From: an uncultured Porphyromonadaceae bacterium
Lineage (GTDB): Bacteria; Bacteroidota; Bacteroidia; Bacteroidales; UBA12481
Assembly: GCA_964355105.1 (NCBI GenBank)
Contig: CAYHCO010000009.1
Span: 25,183 to 72,361 of the forward strand
DNA length: 47,179 nucleotides
Direction: 5' to 3'
Shown: in pieces, positions 9,119 to 19,153 of the stretch
Layout of the letters: each line of letters begins with the position of its first letter
Numbering within the stretch: the first letter of the stretch is position 1
The notes under the pieces: model-generated
Databases searched by the model: none
Seen by the model: the letters and a program-made list of their open reading frames with translations, nothing else
Told to the model about the DNA's origin: nothing
Translations under genes and position numbers: made by a program

Positions 9119-10621
9119 TTATTCCGGGCGCATCTGGGGGAACAGGAGAACATCCTGTATCGACTGCGAGTTGGTCATGATCATGGCCAGACGGTCGATT
9201 CCCACTCCCAAACCGGAAGTCGGTGGCATGCCGAATTCAATGGCTCTCAGGAAATCTTCATCAAGAACCATGGCTTCCTCGTCGCCTCGCTTGGCTAGAA
9301 GCATTTGCTCCTCAAACCTTTCACGCTGGTCGATCGGGTCGTTTAGTTCTGAATAGGCGTTGCAAATTTCCTTGCCGTTGACGATACATTCGAAACGTTC
9401 AACCAGACCATCCACGCTGCGGTGTTTTTTAGCCAGAGGCGACATTTCAACCGGATAATCCATGATGAAGGTTGGTTGTATCAGCTTCGATTCGCAGCAT
9501 TCGCCGAACAGTTCATCGATCAGCTTGCCTTTGCCCATGCTTTTATCGGTTTCGATATGGAGCTTTTTGCAGGTCTCGGCCAACTGATCCTCATTCATCT
9601 GGCTTACATCGATGCCCGTGTAGTGCTCGATGGCGCCGAACATGGTGAATCGCTTCCACGGACGTTTGAAATCAATGACATGTTCCCCAACCTGAACCTC
9701 GGTGGTTCCGTGCAGGGTGAGTGCTACTTTTTCGATCATTTCCTCCACCAGGTCCATCATCCAGAAATAGTCCTTGTAAGCAACGTAAAGTTCCACCTGG
9801 GTGAATTCGGGATTATGGAACCGGTCCATTCCCTCGTTACGGAAGTCTTTTGAGAATTCATATACACCATCGAATCCCCCGACGATCAGGCGCTTAAGGT
9901 ACAGCTCGTTGGCTATGCGGAGGTACAGGTCAATATCTAACGTGTTGTGGTGCGTAACGAATGGGCGTGCGGCAGCGCCACCGTGAATGGGCTGAAGGAC
10001 AGGGGTTTCAACCTCAAGATAACCGCGTGAATCCAGCATTTCGCGGATCACGGTAATAATTTTCGAGCGCTTGATGAAGGTGTCCCTGACATGTGGGTTG
10101 ACGATCAGGTCGAGATAGCGCTGACGATAGCGCTGCTCGGGATCCGAGAAGGCGTCGTAAAGTACTCCGTCCTTCTCCTTGACCACCGGAAGCGGGCGTA
10201 CGGTTTTAGCCAGGAGCGTCAATTCCTTTACATTGACGGTAAGCTCCCCAACATGGGTGCGGAAAACATTTCCTTTCACCCCTATGATATCTCCGATATC
10301 CAGCAGCCGCTTAAATAATGTGTTATAAAAGTCCTTGTTTTCGCCGGGGCAAAGCTCATCTCTGTTCAGGTAGATCTGTATTCTTCCCGATGAATCCATG
10401 AGTTCGGCAAATGAGGCCTTGCCCATGATCCGACGGGTCATGATCCTGCCTGCAAAGCAAACATCCTGGTATGCATCCGGGTTTTCATCGAAATGCAGGA
10501 GAGTATCGGCAGCAGTGGCGTTCACCGGATATTTTGCAGCCGGGTAGGGATTGACACCCATATTCCTGATTTCCTGAAGAGACTGTCTTCTAATTTGTTC
10601 CTGTTCGCTAAGTTCCGGCAT
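9119..10621 (-). CDS. lysS: Lysine--tRNA ligase (class II)
   Basis: OB-fold [24 protein letters not shown], motif 2 [15 protein letters not shown] and motif 3 [15 protein letters not shown]. Confidence 0.98.
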   Translation of the reverse strand: MPELSEQEQIRRQSLQEIRNMGVNPYPAAKYPVNATAADTLLHFDENPDAYQDVCFAGRIMTRRIMGKASFAELMDSSGRIQIYLNRDELCPGENKDFYNTLFKRLLDIGDIIGVKGNVFRTHVGELTVNVKELTLLAKTVRPLPVVKEKDGVLYDAFSDPEQRYRQRYLDLIVNPHVRDTFIKRSKIITVIREMLDSRGYLEVETPVLQPIHGGAAARPFVTHHNTLDIDLYLRIANELYLKRLIVGGFDGVYEFSKDFRNEGMDRFHNPEFTQVELYVAYKDYFWMMDLVEEMIEKVALTLHGTTEVQVGEHVIDFKRPWKRFTMFGAIEHYTGIDVSQMNEDQLAETCKKLHIETDKSMGKGKLIDELFGECCESKLIQPTFIMDYPVEMSPLAKKHRSVDGLVERFECIVNGKEICNAYSELNDPIDQRERFEEQMLLAKRGDEEAMVLDEDFLRAIEFGMPPTSGLGVGIDRLAMIMTNSQSIQDVLLFPQMRPE

Positions 10622-10643
10622 ATCTGGGAGTTTAAATTTTTTG

Positions 10644-10674
10644 CAAAGATACTTTTCGCCGGAGTTATTACAAA
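10644..10674 (-). promoter_or_regulatory. Bacteroidota sigma-A promoter for lysS
   Basis: Minus strand TTTG (10674-10671), a 19-nt spacer, then TATCTTTG (10651-10644). Matches the -33 TTTG / -7 TAnnTTTG consensus and spacing. Confidence 0.75.
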
Positions 10675-10721
10675 CAGGGGAAATTTGCTTATTTTTATTT
10701 TTTTACCTCTTGAGTCTCCTT

Positions 10722-12437
10722 ATGTACAAATTGTGGAATATACTGCCCGAACCGGATCCTATTTTCGTCGAAAGTTTATCAAATGAGCTGGCGATAGGCA
10801 GAAGTTTAGCCTCTTTACTCGTTCAGAGGGGAATCAAGGATTTTGAAGATGCGAGGCACTTTTTCAGGCCTCAGCTGGAGGGACTGCACAATCCTTTTCT
10901 GATGAAGGACATGGACAAGGCAGTTCACCGGCTTAGCCAGGCTATCGAAAATCAGGAAAAAGTTTTGGTTTACGGTGATTATGATGTGGACGGCACTACT
11001 TCAGTGGCGCTGATCTATTCATTCTTGCGCAAAAGGCTTAATAACGTTGGCTATTACATACCAGACCGCTATTCAGAAGGTTACGGTATTTCATACCCAG
11101 GTATTGAATATGCTGCCAAAGAGGGATTTACCCTGGTCATTGCCCTCGATTGCGGAATTAAGGCAATCGATAAGATGGACTATGCCCGGCGCAAAGGAAT
11201 TGAATTCATTATTTGCGATCACCATTTACCGGATCTGGAACTACCGGTTGCGGTGGCTATCCTCGATCCTAAACAGCCTGACTGCACTTATCCGTGCAAG
11301 GAGCTTTCAGGTTGCGGTGTTGGATTCAAATTACTGCAGGCCTTTTGTTTGCGCAATGGCATACCGTTCTCGCATATCGCAAAATACCTCGATCTGGTCT
11401 GTGTCAGTATCGCTGCCGACCTGGTTCCGATGAGCGGCGAGAACAGGATTCTGGCCTATCACGGGCTGAAGAAATTGAATGAAAATCCGGTACCTGGATT
11501 GAAAGCATTGGTTACCATCAGCAATTGCGATGATAAACAGATTACGGTTTCAGATATAGTGTTCAAGATTGGGCCCAGGATTAATGCGGCCGGAAGAATC
11601 TCCTCCGGAGAGAGTGCCGTGGAGCTGCTGGTTGCGAAGGATGAGAAAAGTGCGATGGAACTGGCCGGAAAGGTTGACTCCTACAATGATTACCGCAAGA
11701 ATATCGATGTTGAGATCACCGACCTGGCACGCAAGATGGTTGAAGGAATGGACAACCAGACGACCAAGAAAACCACTGTACTTTATCATCCGGAATGGCA
11801 CAAGGGAGTTGTTGGCATCGTTGCTTCCAGGCTGATCGACTTTTATTACCGTCCGACCGTCGTGCTTACCCGTTCGAGCGGTATGGCCACCGGATCGGCA
11901 CGATCTGTGGATAATTACGATCTGTACAATGCCATCAGTGCCTGTTCCGATCTGCTGGAAAGTTTCGGAGGTCACAAGTATGCTGCCGGTTTGAGCATGC
12001 CACTTGAAAATGTGGAGGCCTTCACTGAGCGATTTGAGGAATTTGTATCGTCAACCATTACGGCTGAACAGCTCATTCCCCAGATTGTTATCGATGCAGA
12101 GATTGACCTGGCCGATATTACCCCGAAGTTTTTCAGGATTCTCAGGCAATTCGAACCGTTCGGGCCGGATAACAATTCGCCTGTTTTTGTTTGCCGCAAC
12201 CTTCGCGATACTTCAAAAAGCCGACAGGTAGGAAGATCCTGGGAGCATCTCAAGCTGAGCATTACCTCCATTAAAGGCAGCCAGCCTGATTTCGAGGGTA
12301 TCGCTTTCAACATGGGCCACATGTTCAACGATATCCATTCCGGAAAACCGTTCGATATTGCTTTTACGGTTGAAGAGAACACTTTCAGGGGGGCTACCAG
12401 CATGCAGCTGATGGTTAAGGACATCCGGATTCAATAG
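10722..12437 (+). CDS. recJ: Single-stranded-DNA-specific exonuclease RecJ
   Basis: YGDYDVDG, IPDRYSEGYG, ALDCG, ICDHH (DHH), GPRINAAGR, GSARS and FGGHKYAAG motifs. Start set at ATG 10722 rather than TTG 10641. Confidence 0.96.
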   Translation: MYKLWNILPEPDPIFVESLSNELAIGRSLASLLVQRGIKDFEDARHFFRPQLEGLHNPFLMKDMDKAVHRLSQAIENQEKVLVYGDYDVDGTTSVALIYSFLRKRLNNVGYYIPDRYSEGYGISYPGIEYAAKEGFTLVIALDCGIKAIDKMDYARRKGIEFIICDHHLPDLELPVAVAILDPKQPDCTYPCKELSGCGVGFKLLQAFCLRNGIPFSHIAKYLDLVCVSIAADLVPMSGENRILAYHGLKKLNENPVPGLKALVTISNCDDKQITVSDIVFKIGPRINAAGRISSGESAVELLVAKDEKSAMELAGKVDSYNDYRKNIDVEITDLARKMVEGMDNQTTKKTTVLYHPEWHKGVVGIVASRLIDFYYRPTVVLTRSSGMATGSARSVDNYDLYNAISACSDLLESFGGHKYAAGLSMPLENVEAFTERFEEFVSSTITAEQLIPQIVIDAEIDLADITPKFFRILRQFEPFGPDNNSPVFVCRNLRDTSKSRQVGRSWEHLKLSITSIKGSQPDFEGIAFNMGHMFNDIHSGKPFDIAFTVEENTFRGATSMQLMVKDIRIQ

Positions 12438-12505
12438 CAGAATTGACTCTTGCTGCCGGATGATATCGGTTTTATCGCTACTTTTACGCCGCTAAAAATT
12501 ATGCA

Positions 12506-13306
12506 ATGGGGAAAGTCATTTCGATAGCTAACCAGAAGGGTGGAGTGGGAAAAACAACCACTGCAATCAACCTGGCTGCAAGTCTGGCTGTGCTGGAATA
12601 CAGGGTGTTGCTTGTGGACGCTGATCCGCAGGCCAATGCAACATCAGGTGCCGGATTTGATGTCAGGAATATCAAGACCAGTCTGTATGAATGCCTGGTT
12701 GATGATGTCAATCCAAAGAATATCATTCTGAACACCGAAGTTCCTGGATTTGACGTGCTTCCCTCGAATATCGACCTTGTTGGTGCTGAGATTGAGATAC
12801 TGAACCTGCCGAACCGCGAAAAGCTGATGACCCGCGTGATCGACCAGGTAAAAAGCGACTACCATTTTGTGCTTATTGATTGCTCGCCCTCTTTGGGATT
12901 GCTGACCGTTAATGCCCTGACTGCAGCCAATTCCGTTATTATCCCCGTTCAGTGTGAATATTTTGCACTTGAGGGGCTCGGGAAACTGCTCAATACGATA
13001 AAAATTATTCAAAGCCGTCTCAATCCTGATCTTGAAATTGAAGGCTTTTTGCTAACTATGTATGATAACCGGCTCAGATTGTCGAATCAGGTTTACGATG
13101 AGGTGACCAAGCATTTCCAGTCGATGGTTTTCAATACGATCATCAGCAGGAATGTCAAGCTGGGTGAAGCTCCAAGTTACGGGAAACCGGTAGTGATGTA
13201 TGATGCCAACTCTAAAGGCTCGTTGAATCACCTGAACCTGGCCAGGGAACTCCTGCAGAAAAACGGGATGACCCAGATCAGGGATGTGGATAAAGTTATT
13301 GATTAA
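12506..13306 (+). CDS. parA: Chromosome partitioning ATPase ParA/Soj
   Basis: Deviant Walker [37 protein letters not shown] and EAPSYGKP motifs. Confidence 0.96.
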   Translation: MGKVISIANQKGGVGKTTTAINLAASLAVLEYRVLLVDADPQANATSGAGFDVRNIKTSLYECLVDDVNPKNIILNTEVPGFDVLPSNIDLVGAEIEILNLPNREKLMTRVIDQVKSDYHFVLIDCSPSLGLLTVNALTAANSVIIPVQCEYFALEGLGKLLNTIKIIQSRLNPDLEIEGFLLTMYDNRLRLSNQVYDEVTKHFQSMVFNTIISRNVKLGEAPSYGKPVVMYDANSKGSLNHLNLARELLQKNGMTQIRDVDKVID

Positions 13307-13320
13307 AGAAGATTTACAGG

Positions 13321-14184
13321 ATGACGGAGAAAAGAAGCGTTTTGGGAAGAGGATTGAGCGCCTTGATTGAGGATGCTCACGTAAAACCTGAGGCGTCAAT
13401 AAATGAGATTGAGATCAGCCTGATTGAAACCAATCCATTCCAGCCCAGGTCGCATTTCGATCAGGAGGCATTGGAAGAATTAGCTGCTTCGATCCGGCAG
13501 ATCGGAATCATTCAGCCCATAACTGTCAGAAAACTGGATGAAACCCGATACCAGCTCATTGCAGGCGAACGGCGCTTGAAGGCCTCGGTAATAGCCGGAT
13601 TAACCAGGATACCGGCCTATGTGAGAACAGCCGATGACCAGTCGATGCTGGAACTGGCGCTGGTAGAAAATATTCAGCGGGAAGATCTCGACCCGATAGA
13701 GGTCGCTATTTCTTACCAGCGATTGATTGACGAGTGCAAGCTCACACAGGAAAACATGAGCGATCGGGTGGGGAAGAAGCGGTCAACTATCGCCAATTAT
13801 CTCAGGCTCCTCAAGCTTCCTGCTGAGATTCAGCTGGGATTGAGGACTGCCAAACTTTCCATGGGACACGCACGGACACTAATCAATATTGAAGATCCTA
13901 TGGTTCAACTGGTAGTATACCAGAAGATCCTGGATAATAACCTGTCTGTCAGAAAGATAGAGGAGCTTGTCCGTGATATTCAAACCAAAGGCCAACCGAA
14001 AACCAAAGAAAAAGTGGCTGTTCCGGTTGAGCATGGGCAATTACAAGATCAATTAAAACGTTACTTTCAAGTTAGCGTCCAGTTTAAACGGAGTAGTAAA
14101 GGCAAGGGGAAGATTGTCCTGGCCTTTAATTCCGATGAGGAACTTGAGAGGATTCTGGGGAAACTGGATCAAATAAAAGAGTAA
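13321..14184 (+). CDS. parB: Chromosome partitioning protein ParB/Spo0J
   Basis: N-terminal LGRGLSAL ParA-activation peptide, NPFQPR, arginine patch AGERRLKA, ENIQREDL and HTH GKKRSTIANYLRLL. Confidence 0.96.
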   Translation: MTEKRSVLGRGLSALIEDAHVKPEASINEIEISLIETNPFQPRSHFDQEALEELAASIRQIGIIQPITVRKLDETRYQLIAGERRLKASVIAGLTRIPAYVRTADDQSMLELALVENIQREDLDPIEVAISYQRLIDECKLTQENMSDRVGKKRSTIANYLRLLKLPAEIQLGLRTAKLSMGHARTLINIEDPMVQLVVYQKILDNNLSVRKIEELVRDIQTKGQPKTKEKVAVPVEHGQLQDQLKRYFQVSVQFKRSSKGKGKIVLAFNSDEELERILGKLDQIKE

Positions 14185-14193
14185 AGTCGGATT

Positions 14194-14775
14194 TTGACAT
14201 TTGTAAGAGCATTGGTTTTTTGGCCGGCGATATCAGTTATGCTGATTCTTGCGCCTGGTCCGGGTGGTTCTGCCCTTGCGCAGACTGTCAGGGACACTGT
14301 TGTATCCAAACCCAAGCCCACCGATTTAAGCCATTCGCCCACCAGGGCTACCATCCTTGCAGCCGTTCTGCCAGGAGCCGGGCAGGCTTACAACCGGAAA
14401 TACTGGAAGATTCCCATTGTATATGTCGGTTGGGCAGCTGCCGGTTATTTCCTGTATTCCAATCAAAAAAATTACAAGGATTCGAAGACAGGTTACCTGG
14501 CGCTTAAGGATACGCTGGAATCAACTGTATATCAGGGAGATCTGACAGAATCCCAACTTCTTAAAAGCATTGATTATTATAGACGTTACCGAGATATGTC
14601 GGTCCTGGTCTTGCTTGCTTGGCATGGATTGACTATTATTGACGCGAATGTGGATGCCCATTTCTTTAATTGGGATGTGAGTGAAGACCTAAGCCTGAAG
14701 ATCAGGCCCGCTGCTCTTTGGGCCGGATCAGTCAAACCAGGTATAGGTTTGAGTTTAATATTAAATACAAGATGA
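14194..14775 (+). CDS. DUF5683-family membrane protein
   Basis: P.RA...AA.LPGAGQAYNRKYWKIPIVY and IIDANVDAH motifs; typical position after parB in Bacteroidota. The start codon (TTG) is uncertain. Confidence 0.8.
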   Translation: MTFVRALVFWPAISVMLILAPGPGGSALAQTVRDTVVSKPKPTDLSHSPTRATILAAVLPGAGQAYNRKYWKIPIVYVGWAAAGYFLYSNQKNYKDSKTGYLALKDTLESTVYQGDLTESQLLKSIDYYRRYRDMSVLVLLAWHGLTIIDANVDAHFFNWDVSEDLSLKIRPAALWAGSVKPGIGLSLILNTR

Positions 14776-16403
14776 GCATGGAGTTACGAAGAATTTTTCG
14801 CAATACACTTACTGTCATTTTATTAGGCTGTTCAACCCTTTTGATAGGGCAGCAAACGGTTAACACGGTCACGCTGGATTCGGTTAATCCGGCTAAAGAT
14901 CCTGTTTACCAGCTGTACATGCAGCGCCTCGACAGTCTGTACTTTGCGTGGCAGAGCAATCGCCTGCCGATCAGGTTTTATCAGGATACAGCCATTGCAT
15001 TTGCCAAGAACAACAGCATACCCGACTTGCCCGACTCCGTGTTTGTCAAGCGTCTGGCCGGAATACCGTCAGCCATCGAACTGACCTACAACAAGCAGGT
15101 CAGAAGTTATCTCGATCTTTATACCAAGAGCCGCCGCAAACAGGTGTCCATCATGCTGGGCCTCTCGGATTATTATTTTCCCATGATTGAGGCAAAGCTG
15201 GATGCATACGGACTTCCGCTTGAACTTAAATACCTGCCAATCATTGAATCAGCGCTGAACCCGATAGCTAAATCCAAAGCTGGTGCGCAGGGGATGTGGC
15301 AATTTATGCTGGGAACAGCCAAGCTGTACAAGCTCAACGTAAACTCGTTTATCGATGAGCGCCTCGATCCCGAGCGGTCAACGGAAGTAGCCTGCAGATA
15401 CCTCAAGGAACTTTATTCCATCTTTGGCGACTGGCATATGGTTATTGCCGCTTACAACTGCGGTCCGGGCAACATGAAAAAAGCCATTCAGCGTGCTGGC
15501 GGAAAGAAAAACTACTGGGATGTATTTTATTACCTCCCGGTGGAGACCCGGGGATTCGTTCCGGCCTTCATTGCCGCCACTTATATCATGAATTATTCGC
15601 AGGATCATGGTTTCTACGCTGTCCGTCCGACCATGCCGATCAATTCCGATACGGTTTTAGTGCGCAATGAATTGCATCTTGGACAGGTATCCGATGTTTT
15701 AGGAGTTGATCTTCCGACTCTTCAGATGCTGAATCCGAAGTATCGCCGGAAAATTCTTCCGGCTGCCGGTGGACCCTATGAACTGCGCCTTCCCAATGAC
15801 AAAATCGGCTCCTTTATTACTTTCCAGGATTCCATCCTGAAATACAAGACTGAGGTTTACCTCGCAAAGAACAACATGGATAAGGAGCCCACGCGCGCCG
15901 GAAAATCAAAATCGAAATCCAAAGCAGTAAACGAAACTCCGGTCGGAAGTGACGGTGCCATCACGTATATTGTAAAATCGGGGGATAATCTGGGTGCCAT
16001 ATCCGCCAGGTACAAGGTTACCGTAAATGCGATCAAGGATTGGAATGAATTAAAAAACAACAACCTGAGTATCGGGCAGAAGTTAACCGTTTACGTAGCT
16101 GTACCCAAAGCAACTGCACCCCGCGATACCAGCAATACGGTTGTCGCAGCCAATCAGCAGAAGGATGTCAAGGACAACAATGCGGCTAAGGTTGCCCAGC
16201 AGTCTGCACCGTCAGCATCTGCAGCTCCTGCCGGTCAGGCAGACCAGTTTGTGCTTTATACGGTTCGTTCAGGTGACAACCTCTGGACCATTGCCCAGAA
16301 ATATCCGGGTACCAGCCATGAGGATATCATGAAGCTGAACCAAATGACAGGATCCAAACTTCAGACCGGTCAGGTATTGAAGATCAAGCGTAAAGAGGGT
16401 TAA
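14772..16403 (+). CDS. mltD: Membrane-bound lytic murein transglycosylase D-like protein (SLT domain + LysM domains)
   Basis: Catalytic IIESALNP, GAQGMWQFM and AAYNCGPG motifs; LysM repeats YIVKSGDNLGAISARY and YTVRSGDNLWTIAQKY. ATG 14772 overlaps the upstream TGA (ATGA). Confidence 0.88.
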   Translation: MSMELRRIFRNTLTVILLGCSTLLIGQQTVNTVTLDSVNPAKDPVYQLYMQRLDSLYFAWQSNRLPIRFYQDTAIAFAKNNSIPDLPDSVFVKRLAGIPSAIELTYNKQVRSYLDLYTKSRRKQVSIMLGLSDYYFPMIEAKLDAYGLPLELKYLPIIESALNPIAKSKAGAQGMWQFMLGTAKLYKLNVNSFIDERLDPERSTEVACRYLKELYSIFGDWHMVIAAYNCGPGNMKKAIQRAGGKKNYWDVFYYLPVETRGFVPAFIAATYIMNYSQDHGFYAVRPTMPINSDTVLVRNELHLGQVSDVLGVDLPTLQMLNPKYRRKILPAAGGPYELRLPNDKIGSFITFQDSILKYKTEVYLAKNNMDKEPTRAGKSKSKSKAVNETPVGSDGAITYIVKSGDNLGAISARYKVTVNAIKDWNELKNNNLSIGQKLTVYVAVPKATAPRDTSNTVVAANQQKDVKDNNAAKVAQQSAPSASAAPAGQADQFVLYTVRSGDNLWTIAQKYPGTSHEDIMKLNQMTGSKLQTGQVLKIKRKEG

Positions 16404-16418
16404 GCCCGGGAGAAAATA

Positions 16419-17114
16419 ATGAGTAACGACGATAAATTACGGCATCTCTGGAAGATGATGGACCTCAGGTTCACATCGCATCCCTGGCACGGAATTTCAT
16501 TCGGTGAAGATGTGCCGGATGAGGTGACTGTTTTTGTGGAGGTGGTACCGACGGATACTGTAAAATACGAAATCGACAAGGAGACCGGGTACCTTAAGGT
16601 AGACAGGCCTCAGAAGTATTCCAATTACCTGCCTGCACTTTACGGCTTTATTCCCCAGACCTATTGCTGGGAGGGTGTCGCCGATTTATGCCGTGAGAAA
16701 ACGGGACGAACCGAGATCATCGGTGATGGTGATCCGCTCGATATCTGCATCCTGACTGAAAGAAACATATCACACGGAAACCTAATTGTTAAAGCAATCC
16801 CGATTGGCGGTTTTCGGATGATCGATAACGGCGAGGCCGATGATAAGATCATCGCCATCCTGAAAAATGATGAGGTTTACCAGCACTGGAGAGATGTGCA
16901 GCTGGTACCTGAAACTTTAATCGCCCGCCTTAAGCATTATTTCCTCACCTATAAAGATATGCCCGGTAAACTGCACCGGAGGTGCGAAATCACACACGTT
17001 TACAACCGGGAGGAAGCCCATGGCGTAATCCGCAGAAGCATTGAGGATTACCAGAAGAAGTTTGGCGATGTCGCGAACAAACTGAATCAGGCTTTCATCG
17101 ACGCACTCGAATAG
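16419..17114 (+). CDS. ppa: Soluble inorganic pyrophosphatase, family I
   Basis: HPWHG, KYEIDKE.G...VDR, YGFIPQT, DGDPLD and MIDNGEADDKII motifs. Confidence 0.93.
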   Translation: MSNDDKLRHLWKMMDLRFTSHPWHGISFGEDVPDEVTVFVEVVPTDTVKYEIDKETGYLKVDRPQKYSNYLPALYGFIPQTYCWEGVADLCREKTGRTEIIGDGDPLDICILTERNISHGNLIVKAIPIGGFRMIDNGEADDKIIAILKNDEVYQHWRDVQLVPETLIARLKHYFLTYKDMPGKLHRRCEITHVYNREEAHGVIRRSIEDYQKKFGDVANKLNQAFIDALE

Positions 17115-17172
17115 GCTCGCTGCGCTCGCTAAGAGGTTCGCCTTCGGCTCGCTAAGAGGCGCTTCGCGCTAA
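17115..17172. repeat. Short GC-rich REP-like tandem cluster
   Basis: GCTCGCTAAGAGG occurs at 17124-17136 and 17147-17159 (23-nt period), followed by a partial third unit. It contains the mini-hairpins GCC-TTC-GGC and GCGC-TTC-GCGC. Confidence 0.6.
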
Positions 17173-17190
17173 TTTATAATTTATTTGATA

Positions 17191-18672
17191 ATGGGACCTT
17201 GGTTCGGTATAATCACCATAGTTCTGTGTTCGGCCGGATATTTGCTGTCATGGAGATACCAGGCAGATAATAAATATCGGATTGCTGTCCTTCTCCTGAT
17301 GGTGTGCGGTCTGGCGTTGCGAATATTTATTTCATCGGATTTCTTTTTACATACGTGGGACGAGCAGTTTCATGCCCTGGTGGCAAAAAATCTCATTCAT
17401 CATCCGCTTACCCCAACCTTGTATGATAATCCGGTTCTTCCCTACGATTACAGAGACTGGACCGGCAATCACATCTGGGTGCACAAACAGCCGTTCCCCT
17501 TATGGATCATGGCATCCAGCCTGTGGATATTCGGAATTGGTGAGTTTGCGCTCCGTCTGCCTTCGATCATCTTAAGCACGATTGGTATTGTACTCTCTTA
17601 TTATATCGGTACCTATTTTTTCAATAAGAAGACCGGCTTCCTGACTGCTTTCTTTTTTTCCATCAACGGGTTGATCCTGGAATTGACCGGCGGCAGGGTG
17701 GCGACCGATCATTATGATATTTTCTTTTTATGCCTTATTGAGCTGGCTGTTTTTCTGACGATACTATTTGTCCGGGAAAAGAAAACCCTCTACAACATCC
17801 TTGCGGGAGCAGCCATAGGCGCTGCAATCCTGACGAAATGGCTTCCTGCCTTAATCGTTCTTCCCATATGGGTATTGGTAGTGTATGATTCCGGAAAATT
17901 CAGAACCAGGAAAATTGTCATCCAATTCTTTGTATTGCTGATCTCCTGCGTGGCGGTTTCCCTGCCGTGGCAACTATATATTTTCAGTGCATTCCCTGCT
18001 GAAGCCCGCTGGGAAGCTAGCTTTAATCTCCGACACCTGACGGAGGTTATTGAAGGAAGAACAGGCCCCATTTACTATTTCATCGATCGGATAAGAATAA
18101 ATTACGGTGAACTCATTTATCTGCCTTTACTCTGGTTCCTCTGGAAATCATTGAAAAATCCGAAGGACCTTAAACTTTTGGCTGTAACCATTTGGGTGAT
18201 GGTACCGCTTCTGTTTTTCTCGCTGGCAAAATCAAAAATGCAAGGGTACATGCTCCTGGCTTCACCCGCCTTATTCATGATGACCGCCAGTTTCTTTCTT
18301 GAATTATCGGAATACCGTAAAATGGGAAAATTCCGATGGTTTTATACCTTGATAATGACTCTGTTAATCGTTTTGCCGGTAAGATATTCGATCGAGAGGA
18401 TGAAGCCATTTGAGAACCTCGACAGATCACCGCAGCGAATAGCTGATTATAAGCGGCTTGAAAAAAAGAATATTGCCAAGGGGGTGTTGTTTAACTGTGA
18501 GCGGCCCATTGAAGCGATGTTTTATACAAACCTGACAGCTTACGCCGGTATGCCGGACAGTGCTTTAGTCAGTGATTTGACAAAGAAAGGGTACACAGTT
18601 GTACTTGCTGATAGTAGTGTTACGGGTGAGTATAGAATTTTCAGAGCTGCGAAACAATCAGATCAGCCGTGA
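17191..18672 (+). CDS. ArnT/PMT-like (GT-C fold) membrane glycosyltransferase
   Basis: WDEQFHALVA acidic motif after the N-terminal TMs, HKQPFPLW, GEFALRLPS, AILTKW and KSKMQGYML motifs; multiple TM segments. Confidence 0.82.
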   Translation: MGPWFGIITIVLCSAGYLLSWRYQADNKYRIAVLLLMVCGLALRIFISSDFFLHTWDEQFHALVAKNLIHHPLTPTLYDNPVLPYDYRDWTGNHIWVHKQPFPLWIMASSLWIFGIGEFALRLPSIILSTIGIVLSYYIGTYFFNKKTGFLTAFFFSINGLILELTGGRVATDHYDIFFLCLIELAVFLTILFVREKKTLYNILAGAAIGAAILTKWLPALIVLPIWVLVVYDSGKFRTRKIVIQFFVLLISCVAVSLPWQLYIFSAFPAEARWEASFNLRHLTEVIEGRTGPIYYFIDRIRINYGELIYLPLLWFLWKSLKNPKDLKLLAVTIWVMVPLLFFSLAKSKMQGYMLLASPALFMMTASFFLELSEYRKMGKFRWFYTLIMTLLIVLPVRYSIERMKPFENLDRSPQRIADYKRLEKKNIAKGVLFNCERPIEAMFYTNLTAYAGMPDSALVSDLTKKGYTVVLADSSVTGEYRIFRAAKQSDQP

Positions 18673-19153
18673 TGAAGTCTGATTCAATTATTATATCGGC
18701 TTGATTATAAAATGGTTCGCGTGCGATAAGCAGATCGTGAATGATCTTCTGCACTTCAGGTTCCGATTTACCCTTAATGAGCGGACGGGGTGTATTGGAA
18801 TAGGTCAGTCGGCTTGCCAATTGTAATTCACTGACTTTAAGGTAAACCGAAAGGGATTTCCTTTTAATCAGTTCGATGTTTCCAGAAAAGCAAGGAGCTC
18901 CGCCGCCAATGGCGATGACGTGAAATGATTTTGACAGCACTTTTTCCAGGGCAGCTGATTCCATTTGCCTGAATGTACTTTCTCCCTCCAGTCTGAAGAT
19001 CTCTGAAATCGTTTTGCTTTGTTCCGTTTCTATGAAATGATCGAGATCAATAAAGTTCCAGCCCAGATGTGAAGCAACCTGTTTGCCCAGAGTGCTTTTC
19101 CCGCTGCCCATGAATCCCAGCAGCACAACCGGTTTGTTCTCCGGAATTACCAT
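18641..19153 (-). CDS. aroK: Shikimate kinase
   Basis: GFMGSGKST Walker A, DLDHFIE, GESTFRQME, GGGAPC, RPL and REPFY motifs. Confidence 0.95.
   Translation of the reverse strand: MVIPENKPVVLLGFMGSGKSTLGKQVASHLGWNFIDLDHFIETEQSKTISEIFRLEGESTFRQMESAALEKVLSKSFHVIAIGGGAPCFSGNIELIKRKSLSVYLKVSELQLASRLTYSNTPRPLIKGKSEPEVQKIIHDLLIAREPFYNQADIIIESDFITADLIVSQL

Noticed and set aside
9104-9122. Possible terminator between the convergent algX-like and lysS genes
   Set aside because: Only a 3-bp stem (GGG-TGAT-CCC) before the T-run; too weak to call.
10641-10721. N-terminal extensions given by the ORF track for recJ (also 4792-4854, 14718-14771 and 38053-38121)
   Set aside because: They overlap promoters or upstream genes and lack family similarity; downstream ATGs fit better.
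12438-14193. parS site near parA-parB
   Set aside because: No TGTTTCACGTGAAACA-like palindrome seen by eye; a motif scan would be needed to exclude degenerate sites.
17115-17172. Possible mini-CRISPR array
   Set aside because: Repeats are only 13 nt with 10-nt spacers, there are two full copies, and no cas genes are present.
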